DNA of 64,000 nt from Octopus sinensis (taxonomy: Eukaryota): positions 98,766,001-98,830,000 of the forward strand of contig NC_043004.1 of NCBI RefSeq assembly GCF_006345805.1, given 5' to 3'. Shown in pieces: positions 49,370-62,084 of this stretch. The number at the start of each line of letters is the position of its first letter. Positions within the stretch are counted from its first letter, which is position 1. Below the pieces are notes generated by a model that saw only the letters and a program-made list of their open reading frames with translations, did no database searches and had not been told where the DNA came from. A program made the position numbers and the translations under genes.

Positions 49370-49659
49370 ACACATATATAATTGGCTTCTTCAAGTTTCC
49401 GTCTGCAAAATCTACTCACAAGGGTTTGGTTTGCCCGAGGTGCCACACAGTAAGACTGAACAAGGAACCATGTGGTTAAGAGGCCAACTTCTTACCACAT
49501 AGCCATGCCTATGCATATACACAGTTCAAATTTACAGAAAAACAAAAGATGAAAACAGGTGAATTAACAACAAGCAGGTGTATTAGTTTAATGCTCAGGA
49601 AGAATGGAGAAGTCTTCGACAGAAAGGATTAAGAGTAAAAGAAAATGGTAAGAAAAAAA

Positions 49660-49950
49660 AATGGACCTCCACCAACTACTCTGCTATATATCTGTGCACA
49701 CCTTTCAATGTATGCCATAAGGTCTGCAAATGTAACGGAGGCCTTCAAAAGACATTTTAAGATCCACAAAGATCAGAACTTAACTGCAGTTCTTGGTGAT
49801 ACAAATCGGATATGCAATCTATGTGGGTGTCTTTTCAAAATATAGTCTGGTTTAAAAAGCCACATCAGATGCCATGATGGATCTAAGGTTTAGGTACAGG
49901 AGGTGGTCAGACTCTGCATAAGGTGTAGACAACCACCATATCATCATCAT
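49660..49950 (+). mobile_element. Probable RTE 3' end encoding tandem C2H2 zinc fingers (decayed)
   Basis: Across a frameshift and a stop: CHKVCKCNGG(L)KRHFKIH...ICNLCGCLFKI*SGLKSHIRCH, then a short UTR and (CAT)n. Confidence 0.6.
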
Positions 49951-51100
49951 CATCATCATTTAACGTCCACTTTCCAGGCGGCACTGGCAACAATCTTGCT
50001 CAAATCTTTTACATATGCCACCGATGGAACCTCAGAAGTGTTAAAATCCAAGTGAGGTATATACCATCCAGCCAAAGATATCTTTTCTTTCTGCTCATTG
50101 TTCTTTGATAACACGACCATCCACAACCTTCTGTCATAATGAACCACTTTTCTTCCTGAAAGTTGTTTTTTCTATATTTACAAAAGATTGCTTGAAGCTA
50201 ACTTTCTTCCTACACATTGATGTCTGAATCTTACATTCATATATATCTTTCAGTTCTTGTCTACCAAATTCATTCACAAGACTTTGGTCAACCAGGGCCT
50301 AAAGCAGAAGACTAGAAGGCATTTGCTCAGGATACCATACAGTGGCTCTAGTCCTGAAACTATATAGGTTCAATGCAAAACACCTCTTAACCGCACAGCC
50401 ACATCCAGTACATCATCAAAATAGCAGAATCTTTTTAAATGAAATAAGGAGAAATTTGAGAAAAATTTGACTGCTATTTCTAGGAATTATCACAACCATG
50501 TAGATATTCCCTCATGGGATTGGTATGAAGGATATTTGCTGTATCAGCGAGATGACAAGTTTACATTCAAGAATTGAAACCTAGTTGTTATAATCTACCT
50601 GAAAGATTACTTCGGTGTTGCATGACTAACTAACGAATATGAGATAATATGATTTTCCACTTTTGTTAAAGCTATTTTTATAATTTTCTCATTTTGTTGT
50701 TGTTGTGATTGTCATTGTTGCAGTTGTTGTTGTTGTTGTAGTTGTTGCTAATGGTGGTGATATCATTCTCTATTATTTTCAAAATCTTCATGAAATTTTC
50801 ATCCAAAGGAGTCAATTAGTAAAGAAACTTAGCATGTAATGAAGAATTTATCATTTTGACTTTCCAATTATAATATCTATCTAAGTTGTCAGATTTGAAA
50901 TGAATAATATTCTTATAGGAATCCGTTGCTTTAACATGTCATTGCACTACCTCATTTTATCAGGGATTCAGATAAATACAGTAAGAGAGATGAAACAAGA
51001 AATAACAAAAACAAAAAATTTCAAAAATAGCACACACAACAAATTAAATACTTGCATATATTCATTATTTATACAATTCTTTGTTTATTTCAGCATTACT

Positions 51101-51500
51101 TCATCATCATCATCATCATCGTTTAACGTCCGCTTTCCATGCTAGCATGGGTTGGACAGTTCAACTGGGGTCTGGGAAGCCACAAGGCTGCACCAGGCCC
51201 AGTCTGATCTGGCAGTGTTTCTACAGCTGGATGCCCTTCCTAACACCAACCACTCCGTGAGTGTAGTGGGTGCTTTTTACGTGCCAGACGAGGCTGGCAA
51301 ACGGCCATGATCGGATGGTGCTTTTTACGTGTCACCGGCACGGAGACCAGACAAGGCTGGCAACGGCCACGATCGGATGGTGCTTTTTACGTGTCACCGG
51401 CACGGAGACCAGACGAAGCTGGCAACAGCCATGATCAGATCGTGCTTTTTACGTTTTTACATACCACCGGCATGGAGGCCAGTCAGAGCGGCGCTGGCTA
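51101..51500 (-). mobile_element. Family E (RTE 3'UTR) with internal repeats
   Basis: Match to family E. Confidence 0.85.
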
Positions 51501-51976
51501 CTTCATATTACAGGAAATTTAATATGAAATGTGTGTTATCAGGTTTGTCTTAAAAATTACATGTTCTGCACTAGTGTTAACTAAACACAAGCTTAAGAAC
51601 ATCAAAAACTTATATGGTGTGTGCGTGTGTATGTGTGTGTAAGCTCAAGCTTGGTTGTTTGTAGTTAAGAGGTTTGCATCCCAAACACATGGCTACAAGT
51701 TCAATTCTATGTATGACAAATTGAGTTGCCAAATGCATTATGGGAGATAGAAATTGAAAGAAGCTTGTCATGTGTGTGTGGTATATGTGTGTGTATATAT
51801 ATATATATATTAACTGCAGTAAATTATTTACTGCAGATTTTGTTTCCGGATCTTTAGCGAGCCAGAACTCAGACATTTGAAATTAACCCCAATGTAATCG
51901 GTGAAACTAAGCATGTGTCTGTTTTTATACGGAAAACTGGTGGTCAGTTTTACAAATTATATTACCTGTGGAACGA

Positions 51977-52051
51977 TCGCACTGATGAACCTACGGACGA
52001 GGGATTACGTAAGTGATTCATTCGTTAATAGGCGAAACCGCCGGTCTGTGA
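51977..52051 (+). ncRNA. Type I hammerhead ribozyme, GUC cleavage triplet, inside a Penelope-like repeat (about 51870-52210)
   Basis: TCGCA-CTGATGA-ACCTA...(GNRA-capped extension)...TAGGC-GAA-ACC-GCC-GGT-C-TGTGA. Predicted cut after C52046. Confidence 0.75.
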
Positions 52052-52225
52052 GTAATTCTGGTTTTTTATATAATTTTTATCTGTCTTGCCCGCCTAATTG
52101 TTCTGGTGTCCGCTGAATTTTCCTCTAGAGAACATTCTTTTCTTTGTAGTTTGATCGTAGGTGATCTACTTCTAGCATACGGCTGACCACCTAGTGGTTT
52201 TTTTAACCCTTTAAATACACACATG

Positions 52226-52254
<29 letters not shown>

Positions 52255-52257
<3 letters not shown>

Positions 52258-52485
52258 AGGATAAGATCATTAATTTAAATATCGATCTTATCAAGTGGCC
52301 AGCATGGGAATAAATACTTTCAAAGGTAATAATTAATATTAAAATTATAATTTAGGGTATCTAAGAGATACCGCCACGCTGGAAATAGCAGCCAATTTTA
52401 ATAATAATTATTACCTTAAAAGGTCTTTATTCCCATGCTGGCTACTTGATAAGATCGATATTTAAATTAATGATCTTATCCTTAT
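52255..52485. repeat. 231-bp foldback / MITE-like element in (TA)n
   Basis: 92-bp inverted arms at 52255-52346 and 52394-52485 (six mismatches counted); 47-bp spacer with two mini-hairpins. Confidence 0.85.
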
Positions 52486-52523
<38 letters not shown>

Positions 52524-52551
52524 TCACATATATATTTATATATATATATAG

Positions 52552-52614
<63 letters not shown>

Positions 52615-53047
52615 TATACATATATGAATATATATATATATATATATGTACACACACATGTATTTTATATGTATATATTATATATATTAATATATGTATG
52701 ATAGACTCTCCTGTCATTAGACAACATTTGAGAATTCGACAATTTCATAGCGAACAACCACACAAATGATTTGTTTATAGTGATCAAATGTTTGTGTAGA
52801 CATAAGCTCACTCCCTCCATCAGATTGACATTACCTGTACAGGTGCAACAGGTGCCACATATCAGGTATCAAAATGATCACAGAGCAACATGAAATGAAA
52901 TCCTTTGCTCATGAACACGACACAATGCCTGGTCTGGGAACTGAACCCACAGTCTTGCATGATCTAAATGATGAGCCATGATCTAAAACACTTGAGATAC
53001 TCGTTCTACCTTGGTTTTGCGTTTTCCTCTAATATAATTAATATATA

Positions 53048-53458
53048 GGTGCAGGAGTGGCTGCGTGGTAAGTAGCTTGCTTACCAACCACATGGCTCCG
53101 GGTTCAGTCCCACAGCGTGGCATCTTGGGCAAGTGTTTTCTGCTATAGCCTCGGGCCGACCAATGCCTTGTGAGTGGATTTGGTAGATGGAAACTGAAAG
53201 AAGCCTGTCGTATATATATATATGTATGTGTGTGTATATGTTTGTGTCTGTGTTTGTCCCACTAGCATTGCTTGACAACCGATGGTGGTGTGTTTACGTC
53301 CCCGTCACTTAGCGGTTCGGCAAAAGAGACCGATAGAATAAGTACTGGACTTACAAAAGAATAAGTCCCGGGGTCAATTTGCTCGACTAAAGTCGGTGCT
53401 CCAGCATGGTCGCAATCAAATGACAGAAACAAGTAAAAGAGAGAAAAGAGTAAGAGTA
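53048..53458 (+). mobile_element. SINE family A
   Basis: Full-length match to family A. Confidence 0.9.
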
Positions 53459-53589
53459 TATACCTGCTATAATGGATCCCAAATACAGATACCTAGATCC
53501 AGCCTCAGCTGTGAACTTGGAACCTAACAGACGACCAAATGTAGCACTTAAACAAAACCCCTCATATTCTGTTATATATATACATATAT

Positions 53590-53791
53590 CTCTTTTACTT
53601 GCTTCAGTCATTTGGCTGCGGCAATTCTATAGCACTGCCTTTAGTCGAGCAAATCGACCCCAGGACTTATTCTTTGCAAACCTTGTACTTATTCTATCAG
53701 TGTCTTTTGCCGAACCTCTAAGTTACAGGGATGTAAACACACCAGCATCGGTCGTCAAGCGATGTTGGGAGGGACAAACACAGACACACAA

Positions 53792-53838
<47 letters not shown>

Positions 53839-53995
53839 CATGTATATATACATATACATATATATGACGGGCTTCTTTCAGTTTCCGTCTACCAAATCCA
53901 CTCACAAGGTACTTGCCCAAGGTGCCATGCACTTGGACTGAACCCAGAACCATGTGGTTGGTATGCAAGCTACTTACCACAATACCACTCCTGCA
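53590..53995 (-). mobile_element. SINE family A (internal deletion)
   Basis: Match to family A. Confidence 0.88.
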
Positions 53996-54064
<69 letters not shown>

Positions 54065-54491
54065 ATATCGATGTGAGTGTGCGTGTGTATGTGAGTCTGT
54101 TTGTGTGTGTGTCTGTGAGTGAGTTCATATATGTCCTGGTCTTCACATGTCTGCTGATTGTAAACAAAGACTTTACAGAGGGAAATACTGTCAATTGCAT
54201 GCAGTCTCCTGCAAAAGGATATCTGAAGCTCTTTAACATGTCTTGACATGTTGCAGGATCTGAATGAATGAAAACTTGCTCAACAGATATCGTTTGTTTA
54301 CTGCTTCTCCTTTAACAATATCTAGGTTGTTTGTTGTTTGATAAACTACAGGATTGTTACCGCACTCAGAAGCAGGTTGAACTGGAGTCAGGAAGGGCAT
54401 TGACCATAGAGGAATCTGTCCTAAACTATCCTCATCTTAACTCTGCATTTCCCTGCAAGCATGCAAAAGTGGAAAAGCATAGGTTAGAATG

Positions 54492-54817
54492 GTGGAGGTG
54501 CAGTGGCCCAGTGGTTAGGGCAGTGGACTTGCGGTCGGAGGATCGTGGTTTCGATTCCTAGACCGGGCGCTGAATGTGTTTATCGAGCAAAAATACCTAA
54601 AAGCTCTACGAAGCTCCACCAGTGGGTGGTGGCGACCCCTGTTGTACTCTTTCACCACAACTTTCTCTCACTCTCTCTTCCTGTTTCTTGCGTAATGCTG
54701 CAATGGACTGGTGTCCTGTTCAGCTAGGGGATGGGGGACATATATGCCACAGAAACCGGGAAACCAGGCCCATGAGCCTGGCTAGGCTTGAAAATGGCGA
54801 CGTTTTTTTTTTTATAT
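54492..54817 (+). mobile_element. SINE family C variant, 9-bp TSD
   Basis: tRNA-like head as at 7381. TSD GTTAGAATG at 54483-54491 and 54818-54826. Confidence 0.88.
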
Positions 54818-55524
54818 GTTAGAATGATGATCATCTCTCCATAACTTAGCAGTTCAACAAATAGATAACAATAGACTTAGAACCAGAATTAGAAATAACT
54901 TAAGTTTGATTTGACCAACTAAAACCTTGACGGTGATACCAAAGAATGGTTGCAGTCCAATGACTGAAACAAGTGAAAGATTCATACCGTATATATATAT
55001 ATATAGATATATATTTAGATATTCTGAAATTTTAAACCACTGTATTACATCATTACTGAGTCAATATATAGCTTCGAAGAAATCTGATAGAGCTGTGTGA
55101 CATCCGAAAGTTTTATCGCCCGTTTTTCATGTTTACAGTGAAACTTTCATCTTAGTGCGTTAATGACTGGACTAATTATTCGTATACATATTAGATTGGC
55201 TAATTTATTTTATTATGTTGTAATTGATTAGATAAGTAAAAACAATAACAATAACAACCGCATTAATGACAGCAACCAAAAATTGAAGAAAGACGCAATT
55301 TACACAACTCTAAAAATCAGTGATAATTTCTGAATTGGCAACAAACATTATGTTCTAGGCAATTTTCACAAAGTAATTAAATCAAAGTAATGAGTTAAAC
55401 AGTTTTCACTTCTGATGATTATCGCAAAAACAAACTAAATGAATAAATCTCATTCATTCTTTTGTGATTTTATCGTTCATTTTTATTTATTTTTCGAATG
55501 GGTAGTATATGAATATATATAAAT

Positions 55525-55558
<34 letters not shown>

Positions 55559-55581
55559 ATATATACATTCATATATATTTA

Positions 55582-55623
<42 letters not shown>

Positions 55624-55760
55624 ATATTTATACATATATGTGCATAGGTGCATATATATATGCATATATATATACATACATATCTATCTATATGTATGTA
55701 TATATATGTGTGTGTATGTATATATGTATATGCATGCATATATATATATATGTATGTATG

Positions 55761-55791
<31 letters not shown>

Positions 55792-56226
55792 ATATATATA
55801 TATATATATATGTGTGTATGTGTGTGTGTGTATGTATGTATATTTGGTATGTATATATGTATAGGCATGCTTATATATATATGTATGTATATGTGTATAT
55901 ATATATATCCAGTGAAGGTGTGTGGTTAGGCTAATGCACCAATGATTGCAAGATCATGGTTTTGATTCCTGGATTGGGTGGTGCATTCTGTTATTGAGTA
56001 AGACACATCATTTTTGCATTGTTCCGCGATCAGTTCAACATCTAATGAGTGACACACTGTGCATTTGAGCAAGCAATGTCAATTTGGAAGAGGGCTAATC
56101 GATGGCACCAAAATTTGATCACCATCAACAAATGCTATGTGCAGGTTATTTAGTAAGAAATCGCAGATCCCTCATCTGTTGTCTGCAACAGCAAGGTCCA
56201 CAACATATATATATATATATATATAT

Positions 56227-56564
56227 GTGCGCATGGCTCAGTGGTTAGAGCGTCGAGCTTACGATCGTGAGGTTGTGAGCTCGAATCCCGGACCGGGCTG
56301 CGTGTTGTGTTCTCGAGCAAGGCACTTTATTTCACGTTGCTCCAGTTCACTCAGCTGTAGAAATGAGTTGCGACGTCACTGGTGCCAAGCTGTATCGACC
56401 TTTGTCTTTCCCTTGGATAAACACTGGTGGCGTGGAGAGGGGAGGCTGGTATGCATGGGCGACTGCTGGTCTTCCATAAACAACCTTGCCCGGACTTGTG
56501 TCTAGGAGGGTAACTTTCTAGGTGCAATCCCATGGTCATTCATGACCGAAGGGGGTCTTTACCC

Positions 56565-56566
<2 letters not shown>
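56227..56566 (+). mobile_element. SINE family D, full length, well preserved
   Basis: A box TGGCTCAGTGG, B box GCTCGAATCCC, CORE-like body. Second copy at 58353-58694. Confidence 0.9.
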
Positions 56567-56596
<30 letters not shown>

Positions 56597-57199
56597 GCCC
56601 ACATACATACAGATGCACATACTCACACACACATGTATGCATGCATACAAACATACGAACACACACATACACACACAAACATACATATCCTCATCATTAG
56701 CATTTAACATCTGATTTCCATACTGGCATTAGTTGGATGGTATTACAGGAACTGGCAGGTTGAGAGGCTGCAATGTTCCGTTTTGGCTTGGTTTCTACAG
56801 CTGGATGCTCTTCCTAGTGCCAACCACTCCATGGAGTGTACTGGTTGCAACGTATGTGGTACCATCACCAGCACCTTTTAAGTGACACCAGCACCAGTTC
56901 TTTTCCGTGGTAACAGCACCCACACCAGTGCTTTTTATGTGACACCCGCTACATACACACATATATATGATAAAAATGTGTGTGTGTGTGTGTGTGTGTG
57001 TGCTTGTGTGTGTGTGAGTGTGTGTGTGTGTGTACAGATAGACAGGTAGATAGACAGACAGTTAAAGGTACATGTTACTGAAACTGAAGTCTGGGAGCTC
57101 CAGCATGGTCAGAGCCTTTTAGAGTGAAACACGTAAGTGCTATGCATATTGTACTATCCACACACACATATATTACATTGGTTAATCATCTGATCCCTA

Positions 57200-57955
57200 C
57201 TGAACAAAACTACTTCTTATCAAGCACTTAGTCTCTCTCTCTCTGTGTTTATGAATGTATTTCATAAGAGAGGGATTTTCTAAGTTTATTTCAGGATAGT
57301 CTTTTTTGCAGGTGGCATTGTAAATTGTTTTAGCAACAACATCATGCCACATAGGGAAGTAGTACCATGATGACATTTTAGGTCTTATCACATACGTAGC
57401 GTCTTCCACAGAAACATGACATAGCCCACACATGTGGTTTCACTTTGAGGTTACAAGAGCATCACAGTCTCTCTTGTTCACCAGGTACTTTGTGGCAATC
57501 TCCTGTTCCTGGATTGCAAATGCATAGCCTTAAAAAATGTGATGTGATGTAGTGCTCTTGTGTCCAAGACAGGCTGTGCTTCATGTCAATTCTACTGCCT
57601 TCTTCAAGTTTCTAGGCAGCATACTCATGCACGGTCTTTTTTTTTTTTTGCATATCAAGTGCTTTCCATCCAGGTCTACTCTGAGGTAAGAGAGCCCAGC
57701 TGTTTTGGAATGTATAGGAAATCATCAGGAAATGAGTGTTTCTTGAGGAGTTCACTTCCAACACATACGATGTCGCTCACTTCACTTTTCACGACTGCAC
57801 TAATCTATTTATTTTTGCTGCTGTTGGTTAGCAGGTGCTGCCTGAGTGTTGCCATACAGCATTCAAAGGCCATCTGCACTGATCTCAGGCTTCTACCACC
57901 TTCATTTTTTCTTAGGTAGAGTCTGTTAACATCACTGTTTCTGTAGAAGTCCCCA
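57200..57955 (-). mobile_element. R4-type RLE LINE internal fragment (linker and CCHC knuckle)
   Basis: RNSDVNRLYLRKNEGGRSLRS...ITSHF(E)GYAFAIQEQEIATKYL...CGLCHVSVEDATYVI..KMSSWYYFPMWHDVVAK. Confidence 0.8.
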
Positions 57956-57980
57956 GTTGTTGTATGTATGTATGTATGTA

Positions 57981-58347
57981 TTCAGAGTCTGTGCAAGACC
58001 CTGCCTCAGTAAAGCTGGACTCATGAGTCATCTTCGTAGTCATAAAGTGAGACAGATGAGTAACAACCTGGCCACTGGTGGTGGTGTTACACACCATACT
58101 AATCATATCTGTCGGGCATGTGGAAGAGAGTGTAATTCAGCAGGAGGACTTAAACGACATGCAAAGGTACATGAAGCCCAGTTACAACTACAGCCGGCTA
58201 TTACCGGTAAAGGTTTTAGCTGCCAATTCTGTACAAGACATTGTAGATGTTTAGCTGGGCTAAAAAGTCACATTTGATTACAGCATCAATAACAGTTAAG
58301 CTTTGTGCAATGGCCATACTCAATACCGAGGGGGCAGCCATCATCAT
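57981..58347 (+). mobile_element. Probable RTE 3' end encoding three C2H2 zinc fingers
   Basis: VCARPCLSKAGLMSHLRSH, CRACGRECNSAGGLKRHAKVH, CQFCTRHCRCLAGLKSHI*. 5' end lost in (TATG)n; short UTR ending GCAGCCATCATCAT. Confidence 0.65.
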
Positions 58348-58994
58348 GTATGTAGGCACCTAGCTCAGTGGTTAGAGCATTGGGCTCACAATCATGAGGT
58401 AATGAGTTCGATTTCTGGACCAAGCTGTATTGCGTTTTTGAGCAAGACCCTTACTTTCATGTTGCTCCAGTTCACTCAGTTTTAGAAATGTGATGTGGCA
58501 TCACTGGTACCAAATTGTATCATCCTTTGCCTTTCTCTCAGATAACATCAGTGGTGTGATGAGGGGAGACTGGTATGCGTGTGTGACTGCTGGTCTTCCA
58601 TAAACCACCTTACCCAGCCAGACTTGTACCATGGAGGGGAACTTTCTAGGTGCAATCCCATGGTCATTAATGACTGAAGGGGATTTTTACCCTTCTCATA
58701 TATGCGCATGCATGCATGTATGTATGCATGCATGCATTGGTCACTTGTCTATGAGTAAAAAAAAAAACACTAAAAGAATTTGAGCAGTCATATATTATGT
58801 AGTCAACTATTATATCTTTTGTTATGGCATATATGTGGTCAAAAAAATCATCATTGGTTTTATGTAAGTATAATATAACCAAGTCATCAGACCTCTGGCC
58901 TGAAGCAAATGGCCTTTTTACTAATGGAACTATCTATACAATCTTAGTTTGATGGTGAAAAAAATAGACTAAGCAACAAGAAAATCTCTTTCTA

Positions 58995-59221
58995 AGAGGG
59001 AAAGAATAGGTACTTTCTCTTGGAGAATTCCGGGTGTGGTTAAAATGGATCATTCTGTATATTTTTGTTTTTCCCCTTCTCTTGTCTTGAAAATGTGCAT
59101 GTTCCACGTACTTTCTTGACTTCAAAAAATGGAATTTTTTACCTATGCCCTCATGACAGAAAAAATGTACACAGAATGACCCATTTTGGCCACATATGGA
59201 AGGTAACTCTTCTTTCCCTCT
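58995..59221. mobile_element. Decayed MITE-like element with imperfect inverted ends
   Basis: AGAGGGAAAGAA...GTGGTTAAAATGGATCATTCTGT versus ACAGAATGACCCATTTTGGCCAC...TTCTTTCCCTCT. Confidence 0.5.
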
Positions 59222-59677
59222 GGGAAAGGATTTTTTCCATTTCAGTTTTTTCCTCACGAAACTGACCAACACTGTATATTTACTTTCATTAGTAAAGTGT
59301 GTGCTTCCAGGTACCAGCTCAGATCAATGACTTATATTGCTAAGTACAATAGTAGACATGAAACCAATATCAAATTTCTCACCAGTTATTTGCAATAAAT
59401 ATGGATATGCTACTCAACTACATAAAATATTTATATATTTATATGCATGCATATATACATGTGTGCATAACTGTATTTGTGCATGTATCTTCTTAGTTAA
59501 CATTCTATGAGAATCATCAGTTAAAGCCATACGGTCAACATATAAAACAAAAAGCACAAATAGATATTTGAGTTTCGTGTTACGATCAACATATTGTAGG
59601 AAGGATCATTTTACTTGAGTATAGTGGATCAAATGTCCAATAATTTTCAGAATTAATCTATATTTACAATAAATTAC

Positions 59678-59821
59678 CGAAATAAGAATAGTAATTCCCC
59701 GGCATGTAGGTGTGAAAGAGGAAGGAAATGGGACGGTGGTGGAAAGATGGTGGCTCATAAAGATATAAGTTGGCTAGATCCAGGGTGGTGTGAAAAGATC
59801 CATATGAGCTCATGTGGCATC
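59678..59821 (-). CDS. Candidate internal coding exon (144 nt, phase 1-1) of an unidentified host gene
   Basis: gatacAG acceptor and G|GTAATT donor. Only one frame is open end to end: [47 protein letters not shown]. More GC-rich than its flanks. Confidence 0.45.
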
Positions 59822-59875
59822 CTGTATCAATATGATAATATGATCAATACATGTGTGTGCATGTGTAAGTATTTA

Positions 59876-59928
<53 letters not shown>

Positions 59929-60533
59929 CTATATATGCATACACACACACAAACATATAGTTTTATATATATATACATATATATATATACACACACACAT
60001 ATACATATATATATGCATACACACACACAAACATATAGATATATATATATATACATATATATAGATATATACATATATGTATCTATATATATATAGATAC
60101 AAATACTTTAAATATTGTTGTATATATGTATGTATGTTTACGCATATGGATGCACATATACATATCTATATTTGATATTTAATTCCATATATGAATCTAT
60201 ATGTATGTACACATATATATATGCATGTATACACACACATATGCACACGCAAACACACATATGCACACTAACAAGCATATATACATAAATACATATAAAC
60301 ATAGCTTATGATAACATAGGTATTAACAAAATTGTATATTGAAAAGTAATTATGGAAACCATTCCGAATTATGTTTATAAAACATACACAGAATCATAGT
60401 CTGTAACAAACAACATAAGGCTAGATAGGACACCCATGAAAGATCAAATGACATTTTGATAATTTACTTATTCACAAATGGGATATCAATACAATAATAA
60501 CAACATTAATAATAACAACACAACAACAACAAC

Positions 60534-60564
<31 letters not shown>

Positions 60565-61674
60565 TAAAATATTTGTATGGATTATACCACAAAATAAACA
60601 GAAAGATTGAAAAATCAATCCCTTATAGTTTTACAATATATAATGTGAACCAGTGAGAGAGCATCTCTATGGTCATTCAACCAGCCAGAATTAAGAGCCA
60701 AACCACTCTCAAATCAAATTTTGCCATCTTAGAAAAAAAGACACATTATCCAAAAAAGAAAATGTGCTGTTCATGGCCGGAATGGTTAAGATATAGGACT
60801 GTTCACTCAGGGTTGAAATGGTGCAAAGCAACAGCAACATATTATGTAAAACCCTCTCTGATTCACCATGCATATTGATAACATTCATAAGTAGTGATTT
60901 TTTTGTGGCAAATACCAGGCCAATATTTTTTATAGAGAAGTGGGTATGGACAATTTAGTTTTGCCCTTCCTTGAACTTCTATATTTCATGCACTCCAGTT
61001 TTCTAATCCACTGAGAGCTGGATTTATATTCTATTTGCCCTGGGTGCTGCACATATAGATATTTTGCTGACTCTAATTTCTATATTTTATTGCCCTCTCT
61101 ATATTTTATTGAGAGAGCAATAAAATATAGATTACAAATTGATTCGATTACAATTGATTAGATTACAAATTGATAGTTTGTAATCTATCAATGCCAGGTT
61201 GCATATATTTTGTTAACCAAAGTTCTGTATTACATTAATCTTAGATTTTATATTTCAATGTCCTCAGTTTTATAATCCATTCACCCCAAATTCTACATTT
61301 TGGCCATACTTCTGTGTCTTATTGACTCCAGATCCACATTCCACTAATCCAAGTTTCTACCTTTCTTCTATTCTAGCTTCTGTATTTCACTGTCATTCTT
61401 TTCACAACTGCCTCAACATGGTAGCTTAGTACTTGCCATTGAGGGTATGACCCTTTCCAAGATAATCAATAAAAAGAAAAAGCCTGTTGCATTCCAAATG
61501 ACTGAGGCCATCGCCACCCCTGCCAATCAAATGATGTTGGCCTTCTTTGGTGCAGGTGATATGGGATGTATGTACTGCATGGATTGTCTCATTGTCTCTG
61601 GCTCAAAGCGATGAGGCCAACAGTCATCCTGGGCTGGGAAACGTTCAAAGAAATCAGCTAGGTCTGCCTCAAAC

Positions 61675-62060
61675 ATCATCATCATCATCATCAGTCATCA
61701 TCGTTTAACGTACGCTTTCCATGCTAGCATGGGTTGGACGATGTTGACTGAGGGCTGGCGAACCAGATGGCTGCACCAGGCTCCAATCTTGATTTGTCAG
61801 AGTTTCTACAGATGGATGCCCTTCCTAACGCCAACCATTCTGAGAGTGTAGTGGGTGCCTTTTACGTGCCAGTGGAACAGGGGCCAGTCAGGCAGTACTG
61901 GCAACGGCCTTACTCGAATCTTTTTACACACGCTCGAATGGTGCCCTTTTACGTGCCACTGGAATGGAAGCCAGTTGGCTGCTCTGGCAACGATCATGCT
62001 CGGATGGTGCTCTTGGCACCCTACTAGCATGGGCATAAGTGCCTGTAAGGCGACTCTGGT
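61675..62060 (-). mobile_element. Family E (RTE 3'UTR)
   Basis: Match to family E. Confidence 0.85.
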
Positions 62061-62084
62061 TACAATCACACTCAAACAATATCA

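Noticed and set aside
49960-50200. Transposase C-terminal domain (ORF 49956-50147)
   Set aside because: Resemblance is too weak to support, and the ORF end is just a family E tail.
53472-53570. ORF MDPKYRYLDPASAVNLEPNRRP as a host exon
   Set aside because: No splice signals; the opposite strand reads YLYLGSII, typical of LINE RT debris, and it lies between two SINEs.
55085-55125. Hammerhead at CTGATAGAGC...CCGAAAG
   Set aside because: Core spacing is wrong and there is no convincing stem I or stem II.
57957-58277. Intact host C2H2 zinc-finger gene
   Set aside because: The start lies in a (TATG)n run, the first finger lacks its first Cys and the last lacks its final His, there are no TGEKP linkers, and it has a retroposon-like tail.
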